DNA of 32,000 nt from Candidatus Nitrospira inopinata (GCF_001458695.1 NZ_LN885086.1:540001-572000); one strand, 5' to 3'; shown: positions 25,901-32,000, counted from the stretch's first letter. The notes: a model not told the origin generated them from the sequence alone. Numbers and translations are program-made.

Positions 25901-27804
25901 CGGAACAGGCGGTTTCTCTCGCGGAACGGGCCGAGATCAAGGAGGAGATCGCGTCCTCCCATAACAATCTCGGCCTCATGTTGCGCGAGCGGGGCAAGCT
26001 CGACATGGCCTTGGACCATTTCGAACGGGCAAGACAGATCGATGAACAGCAACAGAGCCGATGGGGACTGGGCTATGACCACCGGAACATCGGCATCGCC
26101 CTGATGAAACTGGGACGGCTGGCCGACGCGCGAGCCCACTTCGAATCGGCGGAACGACACAGTGCGGCGATCAACAACATCGACAACTGGGTCAAGGCCC
26201 TGCTGGAACTGGGCAATGTCCATCGCGAGACCCAGGACTATGACACCGCGCTCGACTACTACCGCCGCGCCTATGACCTGTCCAAACGGTATCACATGAA
26301 GGACGTGCTCTGGCGAGCGGCGGCCGGGCAGGGGTCGGTGTTTCGGCTGAGCGGGAAGAAGACCGAAGCGGTCGAGCCCTATCGCGAAGCAGTCGAGATC
26401 GTCGAGAGCATGAGGGCCACCCTGACAGTTGAAGAGTTCCGCAACAGCTTCCAGACCAAGACCCAGGACCTCTATCGCGACCTGGTCATCCTGTTGATCG
26501 AACTGGGGCGCACCGACGAATCGTTCAACTATCTGGAACGGTCTCGATCGCGAAGTTTCATCGACCTTCTGGCCAACCAGAAGCTCAACTTCAAGACTCA
26601 AGCCGATCAACACCTGCTCGATCTGGTCGTGGATCTTCAGACGAAGCTCGACGCTCTCTCAAAAGAACAGGCTTCGTTCGAGCAGCCTCCTGTCGATCTT
26701 GTCACCCGCGTCCGACAAGCCAAGACGGCTTATGAGGAAGCATTGGTTCGCCTCAAACGGGCCAGCCCGGAACTGAGCACGTTCGTGGCGGTCGATCCAC
26801 TGACGATCGAACAGGCTCAGAAACTGCTTGAGCCGGGTGTCGGACTTCTCTCCTACAAGGTCACGGACGACCATGTCTATCTGTGGCTGATCACGGCGTC
26901 GGGAACCAGGTTCTATCGGACTCCGACCGCCGCTGGAGAAATCGATCGATTGGTCAGAACCTATCGGGCCAGGGTCCAGAAAATGGAATCGGTCTCCGAA
27001 GAGCTGAGCCGGCTTTCTCACCTGTTGATCGAGCCGGCTGCTCAAGACTCGGAGGGGTTGCGATATCTCGGTATCATCCCCGACGGGCCGTTGCACTTCC
27101 TCTCGTTCGCGGCCCTGCCTCTCAACACCGGCTCGTTGATCGACGCCTATCCCATCTTCTATTCGCCCTCGGCCTCGGTCTTGAAATTCACCTTCGCCAA
27201 ACGTAAGGACACGAAACACGCCAAAATCCTGGCGATCGGCAATCCGGATCTCGGCAATTACAATTATCAACTGCCGATGGCCGAATTGGAGGCGCGTAGT
27301 ATCCGATGGGAATTCCCGAATCTGGACATTCTCACGGGCGCGACGGCCACCAAGGAATGGTTGATCACCAACGTGTCTCGATACGGAGTCATCCATCTGG
27401 CCACTCACGGGGAATTCGACGACGTCAATCCTTTATTATCGTCGCTCTGGCTGGCCTCACCCAACCCGAACAACCGAAGGCTCACGGTGCGGGAGGTATT
27501 CGGCCTGACGCTGAACGCCGACCTCGTCACCTTGAGCGCCTGCCAGACCGGGCTCGGGCGGTTGGAAGCGGGCGAATTGATCGGTTTGAACCGCGCCTTC
27601 ATGTACGCCGGCACCCACACGTTGGTATCGGCGCTCTGGCGCGTGGACGACTTGGCGACCTCCCTGCTCATGAAACACTTCTATCGCAACTACGCGCGCC
27701 TGGACAAAGCCATGAGCCTTCGGCAGGCTCAATTATTGATCAAAAAGGACTTCCCTCATCCGGCCTATTGGTCGGGGCTGGTATTGGTGGGAGATTACCG
27801 GTAA
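19999..27804 (+). CDS. Giant exported multidomain protein: signal peptide, TolB-like PD40 beta-propeller, TPR array, degenerate CHAT-like module, second TPR array, active C-terminal CHAT (caspase-fold) protease
   Basis: Uninterrupted 7.8-kb ORF. The start is set at ATG 19999 (MNPAAKRIWLWALLTPALAASPIQAAG, a classical signal peptide). The ORF-track ATG 19960 overlaps the previous gene. PD40 repeats (SPSADGRFLAFVSEQNGNADIWL; NENGSSLLYVSYRSDPRGDIYLLDV). Dozens of 34-aa-type A/L/Y/G/R helical repeats. CHAT dyad VIHLATHGEF / LVTLSACQTG. Confidence 0.9.
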   Translation: MNPAAKRIWLWALLTPALAASPIQAAGGDGNPERLTSHPALEYAGSPSADGRFLAFVSEQNGNADIWLKSLTAGISSLPRPLTTHPGKDTAPALNENGSSLLYVSYRSDPRGDIYLLDVPTGKETRLTDERHGDLAPAWGGDKAIYFLREQENSGDRSLVRLSLRTGAIEPIIERVTSYAVGPNGTIVHSDGRRLWVRLPSSSSAPRPLTSGDVVDTSPAFVDDTTVVFTRYQDDTNGDGVIDADDESSIYLASWDKATGARTSLYRLTPGQEFHAYPAASGSYVYYSDLKRKDIYRLNLKEFFAIYADLARARESAAILLDRGETETALLILTNISANLALQLPAAERASFDLALVELLRDARRYGAAKGLLARSATAEPNVSGNHIGPIARVTLSVVRIEERAALMSPRELTRAVEETSKELSALARQSGQDDTLRGTVFLEIGRLRLLTEDPLSALDALTQVDSVANDELRARALFTRASLYRRLGERDKLLHVLLDVIASFGDRSFWGRRAAAQAVAIADDQEDFRKAIASLTTLAEAHRTLPYLAASALLRAADRAYEQGEVLRAVELLDRVIREFPEQTAPVADAYRKKGMILTSAQRFDEAAHAYEALVNLTGHSQEELERAKTLMVLQLVRSALRKRELGEVRIAAKDLRQLVETYPDSVEAHRGYIETKVMLKEWDEVRQFYESLVKQAPDNPTSRYGLGLVLSYAPQPNFNLVIKTIQEAIRLNPKISYFHQTLGWAHEQTERLGTRHALEQAEAEYRLALELNDGFLFPEVENNLLLNLGNIYMKLGNFTEAYRHYARRKGGGVADRDRMRELLYHKNYGEACFKTGRTEESTVQYERALALVPDDQPQLRAELLERRGLSQQEAGLHAQAVESFSEALAINNRLGLTDNLARLSRNVGVNLYNLGATVSDGSRVPLKRALKSLLESLETVDRFGVTQKVAGPGLIQIQVGLGGNAGGAAAGFDRRGEEKLLFSFIARAYEDLSEPQPAKEYYEKKLALIQPAGDSPQAVAARAEEAVVLNRLAVLSHALGQTDESIRYLERSLARTRELGLDYGTTVNLYNLSRLAAERRMAGEAITPNLIDILTEGVQALLRDSQPDRLTLLLLSNVAFVLAAMDEGTVPAGQPLELVAQTIHHVARARQDAVTFLKRALDLIEQHKVLSGEEADRLKLILALNLWDLATQAGHAPTVEKLDGLITALAAQRPSPFAWLPLFLKAERTADLNQRTALLTEAAGTLLRDPSHLFSTGGPDTLPLLDGLASLTTEALINGGRIETAFELGEQLAMRKTAMLLAKRFGVDFLLSHIGDYETEFRTIVEQMQAAASEGQTQELNRLNEQFRELTFALYEDYPWAVSYLHEYEPAPHVLSDVLRPDTPYLKVTPGAHGLHVLLHSGETVRHVHLPRSSNQPPSFDAVVSLLEKASAIYLSLPTHLRNVILPWLPKHATLVEVASVYDVVNAYRLRTLFASRVAIAGDVPFTMKEREPDNTFVRLTGDRTHDRPLLENRHIVVTTGPYHDNGFVIGSDRGVRELVPITTLAGRHRHTAILMNHRVDPDTMRLILAPALIRAGFPHILATSGMAAGDRSVAADKWTPDHTQAFVISYLQSVQSQRVDRAAAAAPREVTNQKATHPSFRLYGYIGMTQEEKASFAESEYQRAVSDAVTAYQAKQMEIALRRAEDALSILPLTKAGHDFPKLTELAVEAAFKIGNYRAAVTHQSRLVEQLTTTGDQGTLAEARYRLGILYSRLEEFQPALVHLEAAINEWRTRDELDRLAEGVATLGVVKENMGAYPEALDAFGQSFELYQELGEPLDVAAQHRRIGRIHYLRLGRYERARHHFAAALEQYRKQGARRLEAETLYEIGLTYDKIGLYEEADRQYLEGRAIGTELQDSALLATGSLYLANTAWYRGQYQAAFDHLEAATKEAERAQDPRLPIMIANTRALLYWTLHDLDKALVYAEQAVSLAERAEIKEEIASSHNNLGLMLRERGKLDMALDHFERARQIDEQQQSRWGLGYDHRNIGIALMKLGRLADARAHFESAERHSAAINNIDNWVKALLELGNVHRETQDYDTALDYYRRAYDLSKRYHMKDVLWRAAAGQGSVFRLSGKKTEAVEPYREAVEIVESMRATLTVEEFRNSFQTKTQDLYRDLVILLIELGRTDESFNYLERSRSRSFIDLLANQKLNFKTQADQHLLDLVVDLQTKLDALSKEQASFEQPPVDLVTRVRQAKTAYEEALVRLKRASPELSTFVAVDPLTIEQAQKLLEPGVGLLSYKVTDDHVYLWLITASGTRFYRTPTAAGEIDRLVRTYRARVQKMESVSEELSRLSHLLIEPAAQDSEGLRYLGIIPDGPLHFLSFAALPLNTGSLIDAYPIFYSPSASVLKFTFAKRKDTKHAKILAIGNPDLGNYNYQLPMAELEARSIRWEFPNLDILTGATATKEWLITNVSRYGVIHLATHGEFDDVNPLLSSLWLASPNPNNRRLTVREVFGLTLNADLVTLSACQTGLGRLEAGELIGLNRAFMYAGTHTLVSALWRVDDLATSLLMKHFYRNYARLDKAMSLRQAQLLIKKDFPHPAYWSGLVLVGDYR
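20101..20900 (+). other. TolB-like PD40 beta-propeller domain of the giant protein
   Basis: Repeated pattern [S/N]xDG..[LI]xFxS.R.G..D[IL][WY]..: DGRFLAFVSEQNGNADIWL, GSSLLYVSYRSDPRGDIYLL, GDKAIYFLRE, GTIVHSDGRRLWV, DDTTVVFTRYQDD..., GSYVYYSDLKRKDIYRL. Confidence 0.7.
26815..27801 (+). other. Catalytically intact CHAT domain of the giant protein
   Basis: GLLSYKVTDDHVYLWLITASG ... YLGIIPDGPLHFLSFAAL ... YSPSASVL ... ILAIGNPD ... HLATHGEF (His codon 27406-27408) ... LSACQTG (Cys codon 27541-27543) ... LNRAFMYAGTHTLVSALWRVDD ... HPAYWSGLVLVGD: the complete ordered CHAT motif series. Confidence 0.88.
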
Positions 27805-27826
27805 AGTACGAAAGGCGAGAGAGGCG

Positions 27827-28351
27827 ATGATGCGTGACCGACGTGTGTGTCTGGCGATGGTGACCTTGGGAACGGCCCTGGCGCTGGTTCCCTCTCTTCT
27901 GTTCGCTCAGACCATGTACGTGAGCCGGGATGAGGTCAAGCTGACAGAGGAAAAATCTCCCACCTCCAAGATCGTGGAGACGCTCCGTCGAGGAGCCCAG
28001 GTTCGGGTCATCGAGAAGAGCGACCGCCATTTCAAAGTGCAAGCCCCCTCCGGAAAAACCGGCTGGGTCTTTAAGTTTACGCTGAGCGATCAACAGGTCG
28101 GCGGAGGAAGCGGCGGGAATCTCCTCTCCGCGGTGACGGGCGACACCCGCATCGCGGCCCGCGAAGCCGGCACCGGCGGCAGCATCAGAGGATTGAAAGA
28201 AACCTCGGAACGGTACGCGACGACCAAACGAGTCGATCAGGCAAGCAAAGACGCAGTGCAGAGGATGGAAGACCGCATCATCCCGCGGGAAGAGCTGCTC
28301 AAGTTCCAGCGGGAAGGATCGGTCGGAGAATTTTCGGGGGAGACGCCATGA
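27827..28351 (+). CDS. Secreted bacterial SH3 (SH3b) domain protein with a Gly-rich linker and a charged helical tail
   Basis: Signal peptide MMRDRRVCLAMVTLGTALALVPSLLFA|Q. SH3b pattern MYVSRDEVKLTEEKSPTSKIVETLRRGAQVRVIEKSDRHFKVQAPSGKTGWVFKFTL. Its stop overlaps the start of the M48 gene (ATGA at 28348-28351). Confidence 0.7.
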   Translation: MMRDRRVCLAMVTLGTALALVPSLLFAQTMYVSRDEVKLTEEKSPTSKIVETLRRGAQVRVIEKSDRHFKVQAPSGKTGWVFKFTLSDQQVGGGSGGNLLSAVTGDTRIAAREAGTGGSIRGLKETSERYATTKRVDQASKDAVQRMEDRIIPREELLKFQREGSVGEFSGETP

Positions 28352-29322
28352 ACGGAACCATGAAGCGGATCATGAAGAGAACATGGATGGTCACGTTTGT
28401 GTCTCTCGCGTTGGTGAGCGGGACCGTGGACCAATCATGGGGGATTTTGGACCAACTGCTCTCGCCTCCCGCCGAAAAGAAACCAAGCCAACCAAAAGGC
28501 CAACCCCAACCCTCCGAGCAAAAGGGTCTGGTTGACGGGATCGGCGGATTGCTGGGAGCCAAGGAGAAAGACATCGGCCTCATCAAGAAGGGACTTAAGG
28601 CCGCCCAGGCCCTTCAGCCGATTGGGCTTGAAGAAGAGATTGCCATCGGCCAAGCCGTGGCCATTGAAGCGTTCGCCCGATTCGGGGGCGAATACAAGGA
28701 CGAAGCGCTCACGACCTATGTCAACTTGGTGGGAAGGACCGTCGCGGAGGTCTCGGATCGGCCAGAACTGACCTACCGGTTCGCGATTTTGAACAGCCGC
28801 GAGCAGAACGCCTTCGCGGCGCCGGGCGGCTATATCTTCGTCACGATCGGCCTGCTCAAGACACTCAAGAACGAGGCCGAGCTGGCCGGCGTGTTGGCGC
28901 ACGAGGTCGCGCACGTCACGCAAAAACACATGCTGAAGACGCTCCAGCGAAGCGCGATCCTGGCCAACGTGTCCGAATTCAGCTTGAGCGCGATGAACAA
29001 GGATCCCAAATTGTTCTCGAATGTCATCGATGCGGCGACCGACATGCTGTTCGAAAAGGGGCTCGACAAGGAGATGGAGTTCGAGGCCGATACCGTTGGA
29101 ATGGAATACACCTACCGAGCCGGCTACCATCCGAACGGTTTGAGAGATTACCTGGCCACGCTCAAGGCACAGGAGGGAACGGCCGACTCGCGATTCTTCT
29201 CAACCCATCCCTCGACCGGAGAACGATTGAGGCGGGCAACGGACACGGCGAGCCGTTACACGGGAGCAAGCAAGTACCCCTATCTGACTGAACGGTTTCG
29301 CTCGCGCATGGGCCCGGCATAG
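28348..29322 (+). CDS. Secreted M48-family zinc metalloprotease (LoiP/BepA-like catalytic domain, no TPR domain)
   Basis: Signal peptide, then NAFAAPGGYIFVTIGLL, the HExxH site LAHEVAHVTQKH, a downstream Glu (EFEAD) and the conserved FSTHPSTGERL tail. Confidence 0.9.
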   Translation: MNGTMKRIMKRTWMVTFVSLALVSGTVDQSWGILDQLLSPPAEKKPSQPKGQPQPSEQKGLVDGIGGLLGAKEKDIGLIKKGLKAAQALQPIGLEEEIAIGQAVAIEAFARFGGEYKDEALTTYVNLVGRTVAEVSDRPELTYRFAILNSREQNAFAAPGGYIFVTIGLLKTLKNEAELAGVLAHEVAHVTQKHMLKTLQRSAILANVSEFSLSAMNKDPKLFSNVIDAATDMLFEKGLDKEMEFEADTVGMEYTYRAGYHPNGLRDYLATLKAQEGTADSRFFSTHPSTGERLRRATDTASRYTGASKYPYLTERFRSRMGPA

Positions 29323-29439
29323 ATTGACTCCCTATCGGCTCGGACGCACGGACACCGAGGCGGGCGAATCTTTTTTGATGCCCGGGACTCCTACCAAGAG
29401 GGAAGCCCTTGTATAATGAAACGTAAAAGGAGGTGAGCA

Positions 29440-29601
29440 ATGACACAGGGTCTTGTTGAGGGAGCCCTCGCGATCAGCGCCGTGGCGTCGCTGCTGACGA
29501 TCTTTGTGATCTCCTTGGGAATCATGAAGGTCGGGACGCCGGAGAGGGTTGCCATTCCAGCAGAGAGCCGGCGTTCTCGTCGGAGAAGCGTTCGGGAATA
29601 G
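29440..29601 (+). CDS. Small single-TM protein (53 aa), hypothetical
   Basis: Below the ORF-track cutoff; translated by hand as MTQGLVEGALAISAVASLLTIFVISLGIMKVGTPERVAIPAESRRSRRRSVRE. A strong SD AAAGGAGGTGA ends 5 nt before the ATG. A perfect TATAAT at 29412-29417 lies 22 nt upstream, with no convincing -35. Confidence 0.4.
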   Translation: MTQGLVEGALAISAVASLLTIFVISLGIMKVGTPERVAIPAESRRSRRRSVRE

Positions 29602-29612
29602 CCCGCCTACCC

Positions 29613-29658
29613 CGGAGGCCGCAGTCTCCACACTGAGGTTCTCGGAACTCGGCCTCCG
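29613..29658. terminator. Hairpin between convergent small genes; possible terminator
   Basis: CGGAGGCCG (29613-29621) pairs perfectly with CGGCCTCCG (29650-29658), a 9-bp stem. The loop is a long 28 nt with a small inner CTC/GAG pairing. The downstream tract is T-rich but not a clean U-tract. Confidence 0.3.
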
Positions 29659-29726
29659 TCGGTGTCTCTGTCTTTCTCTTCCTGCCGCTTTCGAATCCCG
29701 CAACGGTCGGATTTCCCGTTTCCTCC

Positions 29727-30023
29727 TCAGCCGGGCGGGGTCGAGAGTTTCCACGCCACGATCAGCGCGATACCGGCAGCGATGATCGCAAGCCCGATCA
29801 TCCATCGGGTAAATTTCCGTTGCGCGTCGGCCACCACCTTCTCCATTTTCTTCTTGAGGGCCGGTTGGGAAGCCACATAGGTCTCGACCAATTCCTTGGC
29901 TTCCTTGAAACCGATCTGCCGCTCTCGGCGCACGGCCGTGATCGCTCCGATCAGATCGCCGCGTCGAAGCGCTTCGAGCGCCGCTTTGGGAAGATCGACT
30001 GAACGTCGGGTTATATTGGCCAT
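29727..30023 (-). CDS. Small membrane protein with an L7/L12-C-terminal-like motif plus a C-terminal TM helix; paralogue of 14314-14598
   Basis: DLPKAALEALRRGDLIGAITAVRRERQIGFKEAKELVETY closely resembles the AIK.VR...GLGLKEAK.LVE helix pair of the ribosomal L7/L12 CTD. It is followed by the TM helix WMIGLAIIAAGIALIVAW. The start is set at ATG 30023 (MANITRR..) by analogy with the paralogue. The ORF is open up to 30125. Confidence 0.6.
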   Translation of the reverse strand: MANITRRSVDLPKAALEALRRGDLIGAITAVRRERQIGFKEAKELVETYVASQPALKKKMEKVVADAQRKFTRWMIGLAIIAAGIALIVAWKLSTPPG

Positions 30024-30235
30024 GAGGAATTGCGATGCCCCCAGAGAGAGAACGTTATCCAGACCCGTGAACGGGCCGGGAAATCCTATCTCGATCGGAG
30101 ACGGATTGCCAAGCCTTTGGGTCATGAACGTCCACGAATCTTGCGTTATGATTCAATGGCGTCCCGTCACACGTCGGGATCTCGGCGGACCGGCATGACG
30201 AAGCGCGTCAATCGATACCAAGACGAGACGAGTGA

Positions 30236-31108
30236 ATGAACGGCCTCTCTTTCCGGCTGCACTGGATGCTGCCCGCACTTTTTCCGCTCGCCCTCACGGC
30301 CTGTTCGTCGGCGGCATTCACCGTCGCCAATCTCCCCACGTACTTTGAAGAGATCACGGTCGTGCGGGACCAGATGTACGGACCGGACCCATCGCATCTG
30401 CTGGACATCTACACGTCGGCTCATGCGTCGAATCAGCTTCGGGAAGTGATCGTCTTTTTCTACGGAGGCCGTTGGACGGAAGGGACCAAGAATGATTACC
30501 GGTTCATTGGCGCAACCTTGGTCAGTCGCGGCTATATCGTCGTCATCCCCGACTACCGAAAGTATCCGGATGTCCGCTTTCCGACGTTCGTCGAAGACGG
30601 AGCCAAGGCGCTCGCGTGGGTTCATGACCATATCGCCGAATGGCAAGGCGATCCTCAACGCATCCACGTCGTGGGGCATTCGGCCGGAGCTCACATCGGC
30701 GCGCTGCTTGCCGCCGATGCTCATTATTTAGCCGACGCGGGAAAAGATCGATCCATCATCCGTGATGTCGTCGGGCTGGCCGGCCCCTACTCGTTCACCC
30801 CAAGCGATCCCGACTTGCAAGACCTGTTCGGCCCTCCGGCCAATTACCCGAACATGCAGGTGACCACGTTCATCGACGGCGCCCAGCCGCCGATGCTGTT
30901 ACTGCACGGCGAGGCCGATACGAGGGTGAAGCCGTACAATCTGGAAAAGCTCCGACAACGCATCACCGAACAGGGCGGTTGCGTGCGGGCGATCGTCTAT
31001 CCGGACGTCGGACACAGCGGCATCCTCGCCGCCTTGTCTTGGCTCAACCCCAGTTCGGCACCCGTCGTCGAGGATATCGTGCGGTTCTTTCACTCCTGCG
31101 AATCGTGA
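30236..31108 (+). CDS. Lipoprotein alpha/beta-fold hydrolase (esterase/lipase-like)
   Basis: Lipobox LALTAC. Oxyanion-region FFYGGRW, nucleophile elbow VVGHSAGAH, acid LLLHGEADTRV and His in YPDVGHSG. Confidence 0.85.
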   Translation: MNGLSFRLHWMLPALFPLALTACSSAAFTVANLPTYFEEITVVRDQMYGPDPSHLLDIYTSAHASNQLREVIVFFYGGRWTEGTKNDYRFIGATLVSRGYIVVIPDYRKYPDVRFPTFVEDGAKALAWVHDHIAEWQGDPQRIHVVGHSAGAHIGALLAADAHYLADAGKDRSIIRDVVGLAGPYSFTPSDPDLQDLFGPPANYPNMQVTTFIDGAQPPMLLLHGEADTRVKPYNLEKLRQRITEQGGCVRAIVYPDVGHSGILAALSWLNPSSAPVVEDIVRFFHSCES

Positions 31109-31305
31109 CGCTCGAGATGGCACTCTCGCCTCTCCTGTTTCCGATTCCGCAAGCCTCATTTTCTTGGCCGCCATGCCGTGGCTTGTTTCCATGCGTGAAT
31201 ATTGGGGCAAGAGGTGGGATCGGAGCAGCGAAGTAGATCAAACCCCCATGTGCCACTGTAAGTTCCCCGTACCTTGAGCCAGTCCTAATTAGGCGGCGCC
31301 GCAAG

Positions 31306-32000
31306 ATGTCCTCGCAAAAAGCTGGAAGACCTGCTGAACGGCGGGAGATCGTCAGTCAGATGGTCATGGTGAACGGGCTTCCGGTGCAGCGGGCCTGTCA
31401 GGGCGTGGAGCGGGGTCGCGCACCCTCCTATCGGCCTCTTGTTGCGGGGGCCCAGCGGGATGCGCCGGTGCTCGTCGCGCTCACGGCAGTCGTGACCACC
31501 TCCCCTCGCTGGGGGCTGGCAGTGTGAGCGGCGACTCCGGCTCGAGGGGCGTCCGTGGAACGCAAACCGCGTCGGGCTGGTCTATTGCCGGCCGCGCTTC
31601 AATCGAAGCGCCTGGGGGTATTCCATCCGACTGGTCAATCCTTCGGCATAGTACGGCTGCGGACTGGTTTCGATAAGGCCCCTTGCAGTTCAATGACCCC
31701 GAACAAACTTGGCGGCGGGGAAAATTCCGCAAGCGTCGCGTACCGCCTGGCTCGATGACGAACGCATAGAGCCGGCATTCCAGATCCCCCCTTGAAGAGG
31801 GGAAAGGTGTTTCGATGGGACGTGGCCGATGGGCTTCGGTCGAGAGGGAGTCTCTCCGAATAATAATGGGTGTCGGTTGCGCCGCTACGGTGTCTTGGCG
31901 CAACGGAAGCCGTAGCCGAAATGGCGATTTGCCGGCTGAGCGTTGAATCGGTGGGCCGACCGTAGGAAGTCCGCCACATAAAGCCATGACCCCCCGCGCA
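31306..32000 (+). pseudogene. Degenerate, frameshifted IS3-family (IS407-group-like) transposase OrfB relic, 5'-truncated and running off the window
   Basis: Colinear islands of OrfB-like sequence occur in three different frames. Frame 0: PAERREIV..GLPVQRACQ..SYRP..RDAPVLVAL..SPRWG, then a stop at 31525-31527. Frame +1 from about 31526: ERRLRLEGRPWNANRVGLVY (EG-x3-N-x2-RV-x3-Y as in ..REGW.VNHKRVYRLY). Frame +2 at 31698: PEQTW..GKFR (compare PNQVW...GRRFR), then LDDERIE. No intact orfA or recognisable terminal inverted repeats. The consensus is recalled from memory. Confidence 0.5.

Noticed and set aside
21661-27408. Series of long minus-strand ORFs (21661-22641, 23211-24231, 24382-25695, 25699-26613, 26659-27408) inside the giant gene.
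   Set aside because: All are antisense to a continuous 7.8-kb ORF with recognisable PD40, TPR and CHAT motifs. Their translations are Arg/Gly/Pro-rich with no motifs. Long antisense ORFs are expected opposite GC-rich genes poor in TTA/CTA/TCA codons.
31522-32000. Possible 5' end of a group II intron: GTGTG at 31522, about 460 nt of apparently non-coding GC-rich sequence, then an ATG at 31985 that could start an intron-encoded protein.
   Set aside because: The same stretch contains colinear IS3 OrfB-like peptide islands in shifted frames (EG-x3-N-x2-RV-x3-Y, PEQTW, GKFR, LDDERIE). This is better explained by a frameshifted transposase pseudogene. I could not identify any domain V-like hairpin.
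1-32000. Scan for CRISPR arrays, tRNA/rRNA genes, tandem repeats and a retroelement or DGR-type template/variable repeat pair.
   Set aside because: I recognised no regularly spaced direct repeats, no tRNA-like T-arm (GGTTCGAATCC-type) and no reverse-transcriptase motif by eye. This was a visual scan, so short or diverged elements could have been missed.

Overview
GC-rich bacterial chromosomal segment. The gene content is reminiscent of Nitrospira-type nitrifiers, but the taxon cannot be proven from this window. Three blocks. (1) 1-4000: the tail of an SLC13-type permease, an MscS channel, a two-gene minus-strand module (a divergent ECF-sigma-like protein with a fused HLxxCxxC anti-sigma zinc motif, plus a membrane coiled-coil protein), and a tiny secreted Lys/Glu-rich peptide gene with a clean terminator. 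(2) 4012-15503, all on the minus strand: a 4xCBS protein, a small L7/L12-CTD-like membrane protein, a candidate sigma54 promoter, then a tightly coupled cytoplasmic group-3b-type [NiFe]-hydrogenase operon (beta, gamma, small, large subunits), its endopeptidase and hypA-F-C-D-E. No hypB was seen. (3) 15806-29322, plus strand: the most unusual part. It is a five-gene, apparently wholly extracytoplasmic cluster: a YdbH/AsmA-like intermembrane bridge protein, a DUF1318/YdbL-like lipoprotein, a ~2600-aa exported protein (TolB-like PD40 propeller, TPR array, degenerate CHAT-like module, second TPR array, intact C-terminal CHAT caspase-fold protease), an SH3b protein and an M48 zinc protease. I know of no described system with this combination. 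The right end holds a convergent pair of small membrane-protein genes, a lipoprotein alpha/beta hydrolase and a frameshifted IS3-family transposase relic that runs off the window. I recognised no rRNA, tRNA or CRISPR array. All family assignments come from motif recognition by eye. No searches were run.
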